From: a virus
Virus record (IMG/VR): IMGVR_UViG_3300032236_000803
Span: 27,191 to 91,190 of that record
DNA length: 64,000 bases
Reading direction: 5' to 3' (one strand)
Shown here: piece by piece, positions 20,996-30,307 of the stretch
Numbering within the stretch: the first letter of the stretch is position 1
How the letters are laid out: each line of letters opens with the position of its first letter
Program-made: the position numbers and the translations under genes
The notes under the pieces: model-generated
Seen by the model: only the letters and a program-made list of their open reading frames with translations
Databases searched by the model: none
What the model was told of the DNA's origin: nothing

Positions 20996-21003
20996 TATAA
21001 ATA
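20996..21003 (+). promoter_or_regulatory. T4-type late promoter TATAAATA
   Basis: Exact consensus just after the terminator and upstream of the AGGA SD and the ATG at 21032. Confidence 0.85.
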
Positions 21004-21031
21004 ATACTATAACTAAAATTAGGATTGTGTA

Positions 21032-21370
21032 ATGGCCGCAGGATATTTAGACCTTTTTATCGACCAAGGACAAGATTTTTCCGCAACAATAACTTTGGAT
21101 AATATGAATGGTGGAAGTTATAATACAGCAGGATATTTTGCAGAAGGTACAATAAAATCTTCGTATATTTCAGCCAATGCTGCTGCTTATTTCAATACAA
21201 CCATCGATGCGACTGGTGATTTGACAATATCGCTTGATTATCTGACAACCCAAAATTTATCATATGGCCGATATGTTTATGATGTATTTCTAATCAATCC
21301 AGCAAATACCCATTCTAAAGTATTAGAAGGAATTGTTTATTTGAACCCTAGCGCAACGACATTTACCTAA
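21032..21370 (+). CDS. Small virion structural/adaptor protein (BppU N-terminal-like)
   Basis: LFIDQGQDF...LTISL...GRYVYDV...KVLEG pattern. First gene of the late fibre operon. Confidence 0.7.
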   Translation: MAAGYLDLFIDQGQDFSATITLDNMNGGSYNTAGYFAEGTIKSSYISANAAAYFNTTIDATGDLTISLDYLTTQNLSYGRYVYDVFLINPANTHSKVLEGIVYLNPSATTFT

Positions 21371-21382
21371 TAGGATATTTTT

Positions 21383-21586
21383 ATGGGAATAAATAATAGT
21401 ATCAGTGTTAGAGTCAATAATCAACAAGATTACAAAGTTAAAACTGTAAATCTACAATCCGTTAGACTCCAAAATTTAGTAGATGTCTCCTCAGTAAATC
21501 CTCAAGACGGAGACACCTTGGTATATAATGCTACGACTCAATTATATGAAGCTAAACAGATAAATTTAGACTTCGGAGAATATTAA
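21383..21586 (+). CDS. Small fibre-associated protein (67 aa)
   Basis: LxxLxDV...DGDTLVYN fibre repeat, C-terminal LDFGEY, and AGGA SD. Confidence 0.65.
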   Translation: MGINNSISVRVNNQQDYKVKTVNLQSVRLQNLVDVSSVNPQDGDTLVYNATTQLYEAKQINLDFGEY

Positions 21587-21593
21587 TATACCA

Positions 21594-24500
21594 ATGGCAA
21601 ATACAGCTCCAATTCAATTTATAAGGTCATTTACGCCAGGTAAAGTACCTGATGCGGCAAATGTAGCAGTTGGCGGTCTTGCTTTAAATCTAGCAGATAG
21701 AATAATTTATTCTAAAGATCCAACTGGTAATGTGATTTATTTCATTGATCCAGATGTTAATTCTCTGGCAAACATTGCGAACTCATTATTAGCTGCAGCT
21801 AATTCTATTACCCCTGCATATACGCAAGCCAATTCAGCATATGCTCAGGCCAATTTAGCGCTGTCTGTAGGTCAACAAGCATATAATACTGCAAATATAG
21901 TTTGGAAAGAAGCTAATTCTGCTTGGATTGAAGCAAACAACGCTTATAATACCGCTAACGCTGCATGGATTCAGGCTAATTCAGCATATAACATAGCAAA
22001 TTCAATATGGTCTGAAGCAAATAGTGCTTACATACAAGCAAATAACGCATATAATTTAGCGAGTTACACCTATAGTTTTGCCGCTAATGCTTATATATTT
22101 GCATCAAGTATAGCTAATAATGCATACAACACTGCTAATTCTGCTTGGTTTACTGCTAACACAGCAAACGCAACTGCTAATATAGCATTAACAAATTCAA
22201 AATCAGCATATAACACAGCCAATGCTGGATATAATGTTGCTAATCTAGCTTTTGCTTCTGCTAATTCAGCTTGGAATACTGCTAACGCTGGATATAACGT
22301 AGCAAATCTTTCATTCTCGGTTGCCAATGCTGGATTCAATACCGCTAACGCTGGATACAATGTTGCTAATCTAGCTTTTGCTTCTGCTAATTCAGCTTGG
22401 AATACTGCTAACACTGCTAATGGTACAGCTAATATTGCACTCAGTACAGCACAAGCTGGATACAACAACGCTAATAATGCATATAATAGGGCTAATACAG
22501 CATACGCTCAAGCAAATAGCGCATACACATATGCTTCTAATACTGCAAATAGTGCATTTATTTCAGCTAACTCTGCTTGGAATACAGCTAACGCTGGATA
22601 TAACGTAGCGAACCTTTCTTTTGCTGTTGCTAATGCTGGATTCAATACGGCTAATGCTGGATATAATGTAGCTAATCTTTCCTATGTTGTAGCAAATTCA
22701 GGTTGGAATACAGCTAACGCTGGATACAATGTTGCTAATTTATCGTTTGTTGTCGCTAATTCTGCTTGGAATACTGCAAATACTGCAAACGGTACAGCTA
22801 ATATTGCTCTAAGTGTTGCTCAATCCGGATACAATACTGCCAATGCTGGTTATAACACTGCAAATGCAGCGTACAACGTAGCTAATTTATCGTTCAACGT
22901 AGCAAATAGTGCTTGGAATACTGCTAACGCTTCATACGGAGTTGCTAATCTTTCTTATGTTGTAGCAAATAGTGCATGGAATACAGCTAACGCTGCATAT
23001 GGAGTTGCTAATTTATCGTTTGTTGTCGCTAATTCTGCTTGGAATACAGCTAACACCGCTAACGGTACAGCTAATATTGCACTTAGCGTTGCTCAATCGG
23101 CATATGGACAAGCCAATAATGAACCAAAGGGCACAGCTGCGTATGGCGTAGCTAATCTAGCGTTTGCTTCTGCTAACTCTGCTTGGAATACAGCTAACGC
23201 AGGATATAATGTTGCTAATCTATCATTTGTTGTCGCTAATTCTGCTTGGAATACAGCTAACACCGCAAACGGTACAGCTAATATTGCTTTAAGCGTTGCT
23301 CAATCAGCATATAATAATTCAAATTCTGCATTTAATACAGCTAATGCTGGATATAATGTTGCTAATTTATCGTTCAACGTAGCTAACAATGCGTACAATA
23401 CAGCTAATGCTGCTTGGGCTGGCGCAAACGCTTCTTATACATATGCATCAAGTACCGCTAACAATGCGTACAATACAGCTAATGCTGCTTGGAGCACGGC
23501 TAATTCTAAATTTAATACTTCTGGCGGAACTATAACTGGTCCAGTTGTCATTAGTTCATCGTTAAATGTTACAGGAAACGTATATTTTGGAGGTAATGTT
23601 ACTACGATTAATGCTAATAATTTAGCTATCGAAGATAACATGATCTATTTAAACAATGGATCAAACGTTGCTAATCCAGATTTAGGGTTTGCTGGTAATT
23701 ATAATGACGGCATTTACCATCATGCTGGTTTTTTCAGAAAAGCATCTGATGGAATTTGGAGAGTTTTTGATAGTTATTTACCAGAACCAGATGCGTCCCC
23801 GTACATTGACACGAGTAATTCGTCATTCAGGATTGCTGATTTCCAAGCTAATACAGTATACGCAAATACATTAATAATTTCTTCTAATACGTTAATTACC
23901 AATTTAAATTCAACGTTATTAGGTAATCAACCAAGAAGTTATTACGAAAATTTATCGATTGCTGCGTACGCTACTGGGAATTCTGCATATAATACCGCAA
24001 ATGCAGGGTACAACGTTGCTAATCTCTCATTCAACGTAGCTAATTCTGCGTACAATACAGCTAACGCGGGATACAATGTTGCTAACTTATCTTTTGCAGT
24101 TGCCAACGCAGCATTTAATACAGCCAATGCAGGGTACAATGTTGCTAATCTTTCTTTCAACGTAGCTAATTCAGCTTGGAACACTGCGAATACAGCGAAC
24201 GGTACTGCTAATGTTGCATTAAGTGTTGCTCAATCAAGTTACAATACAGCTAACTCTGGTTATAATGTCGCCAACCTATCTTTTAACGTTGCGAATTCAG
24301 CTTGGAATACTGCAAATACTGCTAATGGTACTGCTAATATAGCATTAAGCGTTGCTCAATCAAGTTACAATACAGCTAACGCTGGATACAACGTTGCTAA
24401 TTTAGCATTTAATTCTGCTAATAACGCATATAGTTACGCGTCAAGTACAGCAAACAACGCTTACATCACCGCGAATTCAGCTTGGGATACTGCTAACACT

Positions 24501-26144
24501 GCTAACGGTACTGCAAATGTAGCATTAAGCGTTGCGCAATCAAGTTATAATACCGCCAATGCAGGTTATAACGTTGCTAATCTTTCGTTTAACGTAGCTA
24601 ATTCAGCTTGGTTTACTGCGAATACTGCTAACGGTACTGCTAACATAGCATTAACAAATGCATCATCAGCGTACAATACTGCCAACGCCGGATACAATGT
24701 TGCTAATCTGTCATTCAATATTGCAAATTCAGCTTGGTTTACTGCGAATACTGCTAACGGAACAGCTAACATTGCGTTGTCTGTTGCTCAGGCAGGATAC
24801 AATTTAACAAATCTTTCGTTTAACGTAGCTAACTCTGCTTGGAATACTGCTAATACTGCTAACGGCACGGCTAACGTTGCATTAAGCGTTGCGCAATCTG
24901 GATACAATACTGCCAACGCAGGATATAATGTAGCCAATCTATCGTTTGTTGTAGCAAATAACGCTTGGTTTACCGCTAACACAGCTAACGGAACAGCTAA
25001 CATTGCATTAAGCGTTGCTCAAGCAGCATATAATCAAGCTAATACAGGCGGCGGTAATACAGTATATGCTGCCTATAACCAAGCAAATGCGGCATATTTG
25101 ACTGCTAATACTGCGAACGGTACAGCTAATATTGCATTAAGCGTTGCTCAAGCAGCATATAATCAAGCTAATACAGGCGGTGGTAATACAGTATATGCTG
25201 CTTATAATCAAGCAAATATTGCATATTTAACTGCCAACACTAAAGTTTACAATTTCAGACAAAATACTGCTCCAACGTCAGCAAATACTAGTGATACTTG
25301 GACAAATATTGATACAGGAGTTATATACGAAAATTGGGGAAATACATCAAATCCTGTTTGGGCAGAATTTGGTCCAACTGGAGTTATGTCTAATTCTGCT
25401 CCTGGTATATTTTCCGCAATAAGCATTACGTCTGCAAATGGCATATATTCTAACGGACAGATAATAACAAATTATCTACCTACAACGACAACTGGGGCAG
25501 CAATACAAATTACTTCCGCCAATACAAAAGGCGGTACTGGTTATGCGGATTTTTTACAATTTACAAACCTCTCTGGTGGCGTAACCAATCCGAATAAATG
25601 GATTCGTTTAGATTCTATTGGAAATTTACAAATTGTTAATAGTGCATATCAATCAACATCATTGTCGTTGTCCGATGGAGGAGATTTAACGCTTGCTGGT
25701 AATACAACAGTTAATGGTATAGCTGCTGGATATGCTCCGAATCGTCCTGCATTCCGTATAACAGGTAATGGCGGTTCGATTAGTGCTACTACAACAGTTG
25801 CTGGCGGATACATGGTTGTCGATTTTAATCAAGGTAGTTATTTGAATACGACAACAGGTATATTTACTGCTCCAGTTGCTGGTTTATATCAAGTCAATGT
25901 TGTGGTTAGAACACAATCAAACGCTAATCCAACGATTAACCAAATTATCATTAGAAAAACTACATCGGGTAATACTGTTACATCAATCATTATGGTTGAA
26001 TTTGGAGTTAATACTTCGATGAATCACGCTGGCGGTTCTACAATAGTAAAACTGTCGGCTGGAGATACTTTAAAATTTGACGTAACTAGTGGTACAATTA
26101 GTTTCGACGGTAATGATAATTGGTCAGTAGCATACATAGGTTAA
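21594..26144 (+). CDS. Long Ala/Asn heptad-repeat fibre with C-terminal C1q-like domain (1516 aa)
   Basis: N-terminal IQFIRS...GGLALNLADRIIY (Mtd-N/hyaluronidase-N-like), a very long AN-heptad array, and C-terminal PAF...FNQGSYLNTTTGIFTAPVAGLYQV...IVKLSAGD C1q signature. Confidence 0.75.
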   Translation: MANTAPIQFIRSFTPGKVPDAANVAVGGLALNLADRIIYSKDPTGNVIYFIDPDVNSLANIANSLLAAANSITPAYTQANSAYAQANLALSVGQQAYNTANIVWKEANSAWIEANNAYNTANAAWIQANSAYNIANSIWSEANSAYIQANNAYNLASYTYSFAANAYIFASSIANNAYNTANSAWFTANTANATANIALTNSKSAYNTANAGYNVANLAFASANSAWNTANAGYNVANLSFSVANAGFNTANAGYNVANLAFASANSAWNTANTANGTANIALSTAQAGYNNANNAYNRANTAYAQANSAYTYASNTANSAFISANSAWNTANAGYNVANLSFAVANAGFNTANAGYNVANLSYVVANSGWNTANAGYNVANLSFVVANSAWNTANTANGTANIALSVAQSGYNTANAGYNTANAAYNVANLSFNVANSAWNTANASYGVANLSYVVANSAWNTANAAYGVANLSFVVANSAWNTANTANGTANIALSVAQSAYGQANNEPKGTAAYGVANLAFASANSAWNTANAGYNVANLSFVVANSAWNTANTANGTANIALSVAQSAYNNSNSAFNTANAGYNVANLSFNVANNAYNTANAAWAGANASYTYASSTANNAYNTANAAWSTANSKFNTSGGTITGPVVISSSLNVTGNVYFGGNVTTINANNLAIEDNMIYLNNGSNVANPDLGFAGNYNDGIYHHAGFFRKASDGIWRVFDSYLPEPDASPYIDTSNSSFRIADFQANTVYANTLIISSNTLITNLNSTLLGNQPRSYYENLSIAAYATGNSAYNTANAGYNVANLSFNVANSAYNTANAGYNVANLSFAVANAAFNTANAGYNVANLSFNVANSAWNTANTANGTANVALSVAQSSYNTANSGYNVANLSFNVANSAWNTANTANGTANIALSVAQSSYNTANAGYNVANLAFNSANNAYSYASSTANNAYITANSAWDTANTANGTANVALSVAQSSYNTANAGYNVANLSFNVANSAWFTANTANGTANIALTNASSAYNTANAGYNVANLSFNIANSAWFTANTANGTANIALSVAQAGYNLTNLSFNVANSAWNTANTANGTANVALSVAQSGYNTANAGYNVANLSFVVANNAWFTANTANGTANIALSVAQAAYNQANTGGGNTVYAAYNQANAAYLTANTANGTANIALSVAQAAYNQANTGGGNTVYAAYNQANIAYLTANTKVYNFRQNTAPTSANTSDTWTNIDTGVIYENWGNTSNPVWAEFGPTGVMSNSAPGIFSAISITSANGIYSNGQIITNYLPTTTTGAAIQITSANTKGGTGYADFLQFTNLSGGVTNPNKWIRLDSIGNLQIVNSAYQSTSLSLSDGGDLTLAGNTTVNGIAAGYAPNRPAFRITGNGGSISATTTVAGGYMVVDFNQGSYLNTTTGIFTAPVAGLYQVNVVVRTQSNANPTINQIIIRKTTSGNTVTSIIMVEFGVNTSMNHAGGSTIVKLSAGDTLKFDVTSGTISFDGNDNWSVAYIG
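21800..25240 (+). repeat. Degenerate 21-nt (heptad) coding repeat array
   Basis: Words ANSAWNT/ANAGYNV/ANLSFNV/ANTANGT/ANIALSV/AQSxYNT, interrupted by a globular block at about 23510-23970. Confidence 0.9.
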
Positions 26145-26147
26145 ACG

Positions 26148-27329
26148 ATGTCTATAATTCAATTTCCAAGTAATCCATTTTTATACCAAACATTTACAGT
26201 CGGTAGTAAGACTTGGATATGGAACGGGTATGCTTGGGATTTACAAACAGCCAATAATTCAAGTTTAACTACAAACATTACAGCAGCTTGGAATACGGCT
26301 AATACTGCAAATGCTACTGCTAACATTGCATTAAGCGTTGCGCAAGCAGCATATAACCAAGCGAATATTGGCGGTGGTGGGGGAAGCAGCACAGCTAATG
26401 CAGCATACAGCGTTGCTAATACTGCATATTTAACAGCTAACTCTGCTTGGTTTACTGCGAATACGGCTAATGCTACTGCTAATATAGCTCTATCCGTTTC
26501 TCAATCCGCGTATAACAATTCTAATGCGGCATTTAATACAGCCAATGCAGGATACAACGTAGCAAATCTTTCATTCAATGTAGCTAATTCAGCTTGGAAC
26601 ACTGCAAATACAGCGAACGGTACTGCTAATATTGCATTAAGTGTTGCTCAATCTGGATATAATAATTCTAATGCGGCATTTAATACAGCCAATGCAGCGT
26701 ATAACGTTGCTAATTTAGCGTTTGTTGTAGCAAACTCTGCTTGGTTTACTGCGAATACAGCAAACGCTACTGCTAATATCGCCCTATCCATTTCTCAATC
26801 TGCATATAACCAAGGAAACGCTGCATACTCCCAAGCTAATTCTAAAATATATGCATTTTTCCAGAATACGGCTCCAACTTCAGCAAATTCTCATGATTTA
26901 TGGATAAACAATGATACCGGAAGCGTTTATGAAAATTTCGGAAATACTTCCGCTCCTATATGGGCAGAATTTGGTCCAACAGGCATATCTATCAGTTCAA
27001 CCACGACTAGAATACAAACTATTTCTGATTCAACTTCTATAACAATTAATACAGATATAACTGATATTGCTATACAAGTAAATACGCAAGCAGCAGGAAC
27101 TTTGACAATTAATTCTCCAACTGGATCTTTTATCGAAGGACAAAAATTTATATTAAGACTGAAATGTACCAATTCACAAACATTATCTTGGAATCCTATA
27201 TTTGTTGGATCATCGGACGTGGCTCTTCCATCAACTACAACTGGAAGTTCAAAAACGGATTATCTTGGATTCGTATATAACGCTATAGACAGTAAATGGA
27301 ACTTATTGGCAAAGAATTTTGGTTATTAA
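26148..27329 (+). CDS. Short AN-heptad fibre with C-terminal beta-sandwich (393 aa)
   Basis: N-terminal FPxxP...KTWxWNGxAW motif, AN heptads, APTSAN..D.W...W motif, and C-terminal domain ending SKTDYLGFVYN..KW. Confidence 0.7.
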   Translation: MSIIQFPSNPFLYQTFTVGSKTWIWNGYAWDLQTANNSSLTTNITAAWNTANTANATANIALSVAQAAYNQANIGGGGGSSTANAAYSVANTAYLTANSAWFTANTANATANIALSVSQSAYNNSNAAFNTANAGYNVANLSFNVANSAWNTANTANGTANIALSVAQSGYNNSNAAFNTANAAYNVANLAFVVANSAWFTANTANATANIALSISQSAYNQGNAAYSQANSKIYAFFQNTAPTSANSHDLWINNDTGSVYENFGNTSAPIWAEFGPTGISISSTTTRIQTISDSTSITINTDITDIAIQVNTQAAGTLTINSPTGSFIEGQKFILRLKCTNSQTLSWNPIFVGSSDVALPSTTTGSSKTDYLGFVYNAIDSKWNLLAKNFGY

Positions 27330-27346
27330 TTGGCGGTATTTTTTAG

Positions 27347-27547
27347 ATGAACGAATTACATATTTTAGAAAATGGATGGTATAAAATAGATTTTGAAGCT
27401 GGTATTTATCCTTACATATGCAAAGATTCTATAATTTTGCCTCCTGAAAAATACAACCAATTATCAAAAGATGATATTAATGCATTAATATCAGAAAAAT
27501 ATAATATTTGGATTGATTACATTAACAACTTAAATTCTGAAAATTAA
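27347..27547 (+). CDS. Hypothetical protein (66 aa), possible chaperone
   Basis: Fills the gap between the fibre and the beta-helix gene; plausible globular composition. Confidence 0.6.
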   Translation: MNELHILENGWYKIDFEAGIYPYICKDSIILPPEKYNQLSKDDINALISEKYNIWIDYINNLNSEN

Positions 27548-27549
27548 TT

Positions 27550-30273
27550 ATGACTACTTATTATTGGGTCGGAGGATCAGGAACTTGGGATAATGCCAAT
27601 ACAATTAATTGGTCAACTAGCTCTGGCGGAGCTGGTTCTGCGGGAATACCGACTGGTTCAGATGATGTATTTTTTGACGCTAATTCTAATTCTAGCTCAT
27701 ACATAATAACTCTTGCTTCCAGTACTTTAACGGCAGGAAATTGCAGAAACCTAACTATTTCAGGGCCATCGAGTGGAAACGTAAGTTTCGGTACTTCAGC
27801 TTTTGGGTATCTTAATTTAACTGGATCAATGTACATGAGTTCCTCTGGAATATTAGTTGGTAGCGGATATAAACAAATAACACATTCGCCTTATGCTAAT
27901 TCAACTATAGCAGTTTCTCTCCCATACAATACTCTTTATATAAATTACATATTAAATCCAAATCAATATGAAATAACATTAGCGTCTGCTTTTATGGCTG
28001 GAGGAAGTTGGACTATTAATAGTAGTTTAAATACCGCTGGATATGCTATATCCACGTTAGGATTTACTAATACAGGAACCGCGACAAGATCATTAAAATT
28101 AGGTTCTAGTATCATATACATGAACGGTAACGCTTTTGCATTAAACGGTACTGGATTGATATTAGATGCTGGGACTTCGACAATAATACAAACATCAACA
28201 ACGGGATATCCTATAACGTTAACAGGAACATCTGTAAATTTATATAATCTCGTCTATATCGCAAATGCTACTAACTATAATATAACAACAGTAAATCCTG
28301 CGACTTTTAATACAATCAGTTTAGGGAGAAGCGACAACTCTACTGTATCTACTAAATGGGCAGGTAGAATAAATGCCAATACGTTAGACTTAGGATCACC
28401 TTTAAATCCGTCGTCAAGAATATTTTTCGAAGGATTATATGGAACCCCAGCGACAATAAATGCTAATGTCGTTAATAATTTTTCATATTTGGATTTTTTC
28501 AATATTAATGGATCTGGTGGCTTATCGTCAACAGCAAACAGTATTGGTGATTGGGGAGGAAATAGTGGAATAACTTTCGACCCGCCAATGACTCTTTATT
28601 GGGCAGGTCCAATTAATGGTGGGACTTTACAAGATAGTAATGTTTGGGCTTCTTTTGATGGCGGTTCTGCAAATTCCGCATTATATCCATTAGCACAACA
28701 TACGATAAACGTTACAGACACTATATTAAGTAATACTGCTAATTTATATTTAGGAAAAATTGGTACGGTAGTTCCAACTTATAAAAATACTATTGGATCA
28801 ATTAATACGCTATCTAGATCATTACCATTAACTATTGGAACAGGCGTTTCGACTTATACCACAATTTGGTGTTCTGGTGATATGATATTCGGCCCATCGA
28901 TATCATATAAAAGCATAGTCGGTTCATCATCCATTGTGTTCTATGGTAATAATAATCAATTTTATTATTATTCGAATACGTCTGGTCCAAACGTATCATT
29001 TATTAATGTGGACAAATATTCCGGTAAGTTGACGTTGGGCAGTAATTTAAATTCAACCGCGTCAATTTCTTTCAGTTCAGGAATTATAGATTTAAATGCA
29101 AAATCATTAACCACATCATCTTTTAGTGGATATGATTCAGCCAACACATCTAAACCAGTAACTATAATATCAAACGGAGCAAATATAACTGTTACCGGAG
29201 CAGGAACTACGATATCGTCACCTTTCGATCTATCGTACACGACTCCTTCTAATTTCAATTTAAACGGTCTTTTAAACGTTAGCGTAGTTAATCCAACTTC
29301 TACTCCTACTGGCGTATATACTGGATCGGCTCAATCGGTATCAACTAATGTTAATATAAGGTTTGTAAGCGGATCATACCCGTTAACGTTTACAACTTCC
29401 GCTAACAACGTGACATTCTCCGGATTTTCTGGTTCATTAGTTGCTGGCACTAGAACAATTTATGGTTCATTAACGTTGTCACCTAATATGACTGTAGCGC
29501 CTACTACGTTAGTGACTACTTTCAGCACTGGTAGTAATACCTTTATAAAAACGTCAAACGTAGCGATGCCAATACCTATAACAATATTTACACAAGGGTC
29601 AGGGTCTTTTACAGCGTTGGACAATCTTAATATGGGAACTTCGGCATTTACCATATCTCCTTATGGAACGTTTAACGCAAACAACAACAATATAATTTGC
29701 GGTAGCGTTAATGTCCCAGCTGCATGTGCCGCTCCAAAAATAATTACAATGGGAAATGGAACTTGGAATATAACAGGAAATGCTTGGAATATGTTAGGTA
29801 GTAACATAACCATATATCCGAATAATTCCACCATCATTTTAAGTAATAATACAATAAGTAAAACGTTTGTTGGCGGGTCTAGCCAAACCTATTACAATTT
29901 AGTCATAGGAGGAATTGGAAATACTACAATATCGGGAAATAATACGTTTAATAACATAACAAATACCATAGCTCCTGCTAACGTAATTTTCACTTCCAAC
30001 ACCATACAAACAGTTTCTAATTTCGGATTATCTGGTAATTCTGGGAATTTAATATCAATATATTCAACTTCTCCGAATTACAAATCGACGTTAGTTAAAT
30101 CTGGCGCAGGAACAATAACAGTAAATTATTTGAACATTTCTTCTAGTAATGCTTACCCAACATTAACTTGGTATGCTAATAATTCATCTAACGTTTCTAA
30201 TGTAATTGGATGGATTTTTAACGCTAATCCAATCACAATGGTTACGACTGGGAATTTCTTTGCTTTCTTCTGA
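27550..30273 (+). CDS. Beta-helix adhesin-like protein (907 aa)
   Basis: YYWVGGSGTWD...NWSTSSGG...PTGSDDVFFD cap, repeated near residue 350 (LYWAG...VWAS.DGG). Ser/Thr/Asn-rich solenoid pattern and hydrophobic C-terminal GNFFAFF. Confidence 0.65.
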   Translation: MTTYYWVGGSGTWDNANTINWSTSSGGAGSAGIPTGSDDVFFDANSNSSSYIITLASSTLTAGNCRNLTISGPSSGNVSFGTSAFGYLNLTGSMYMSSSGILVGSGYKQITHSPYANSTIAVSLPYNTLYINYILNPNQYEITLASAFMAGGSWTINSSLNTAGYAISTLGFTNTGTATRSLKLGSSIIYMNGNAFALNGTGLILDAGTSTIIQTSTTGYPITLTGTSVNLYNLVYIANATNYNITTVNPATFNTISLGRSDNSTVSTKWAGRINANTLDLGSPLNPSSRIFFEGLYGTPATINANVVNNFSYLDFFNINGSGGLSSTANSIGDWGGNSGITFDPPMTLYWAGPINGGTLQDSNVWASFDGGSANSALYPLAQHTINVTDTILSNTANLYLGKIGTVVPTYKNTIGSINTLSRSLPLTIGTGVSTYTTIWCSGDMIFGPSISYKSIVGSSSIVFYGNNNQFYYYSNTSGPNVSFINVDKYSGKLTLGSNLNSTASISFSSGIIDLNAKSLTTSSFSGYDSANTSKPVTIISNGANITVTGAGTTISSPFDLSYTTPSNFNLNGLLNVSVVNPTSTPTGVYTGSAQSVSTNVNIRFVSGSYPLTFTTSANNVTFSGFSGSLVAGTRTIYGSLTLSPNMTVAPTTLVTTFSTGSNTFIKTSNVAMPIPITIFTQGSGSFTALDNLNMGTSAFTISPYGTFNANNNNIICGSVNVPAACAAPKIITMGNGTWNITGNAWNMLGSNITIYPNNSTIILSNNTISKTFVGGSSQTYYNLVIGGIGNTTISGNNTFNNITNTIAPANVIFTSNTIQTVSNFGLSGNSGNLISIYSTSPNYKSTLVKSGAGTITVNYLNISSSNAYPTLTWYANNSSNVSNVIGWIFNANPITMVTTGNFFAFF

Positions 30274-30274
30274 T

Positions 30275-30282
30275 TATAAATA
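30275..30282 (+). promoter_or_regulatory. T4-type late promoter TATAAATA
   Basis: Exact consensus in the intergenic gap before 30308. Confidence 0.85.
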
Positions 30283-30307
30283 ATAAAAACCACAGAGTAT
30301 AGTATAA

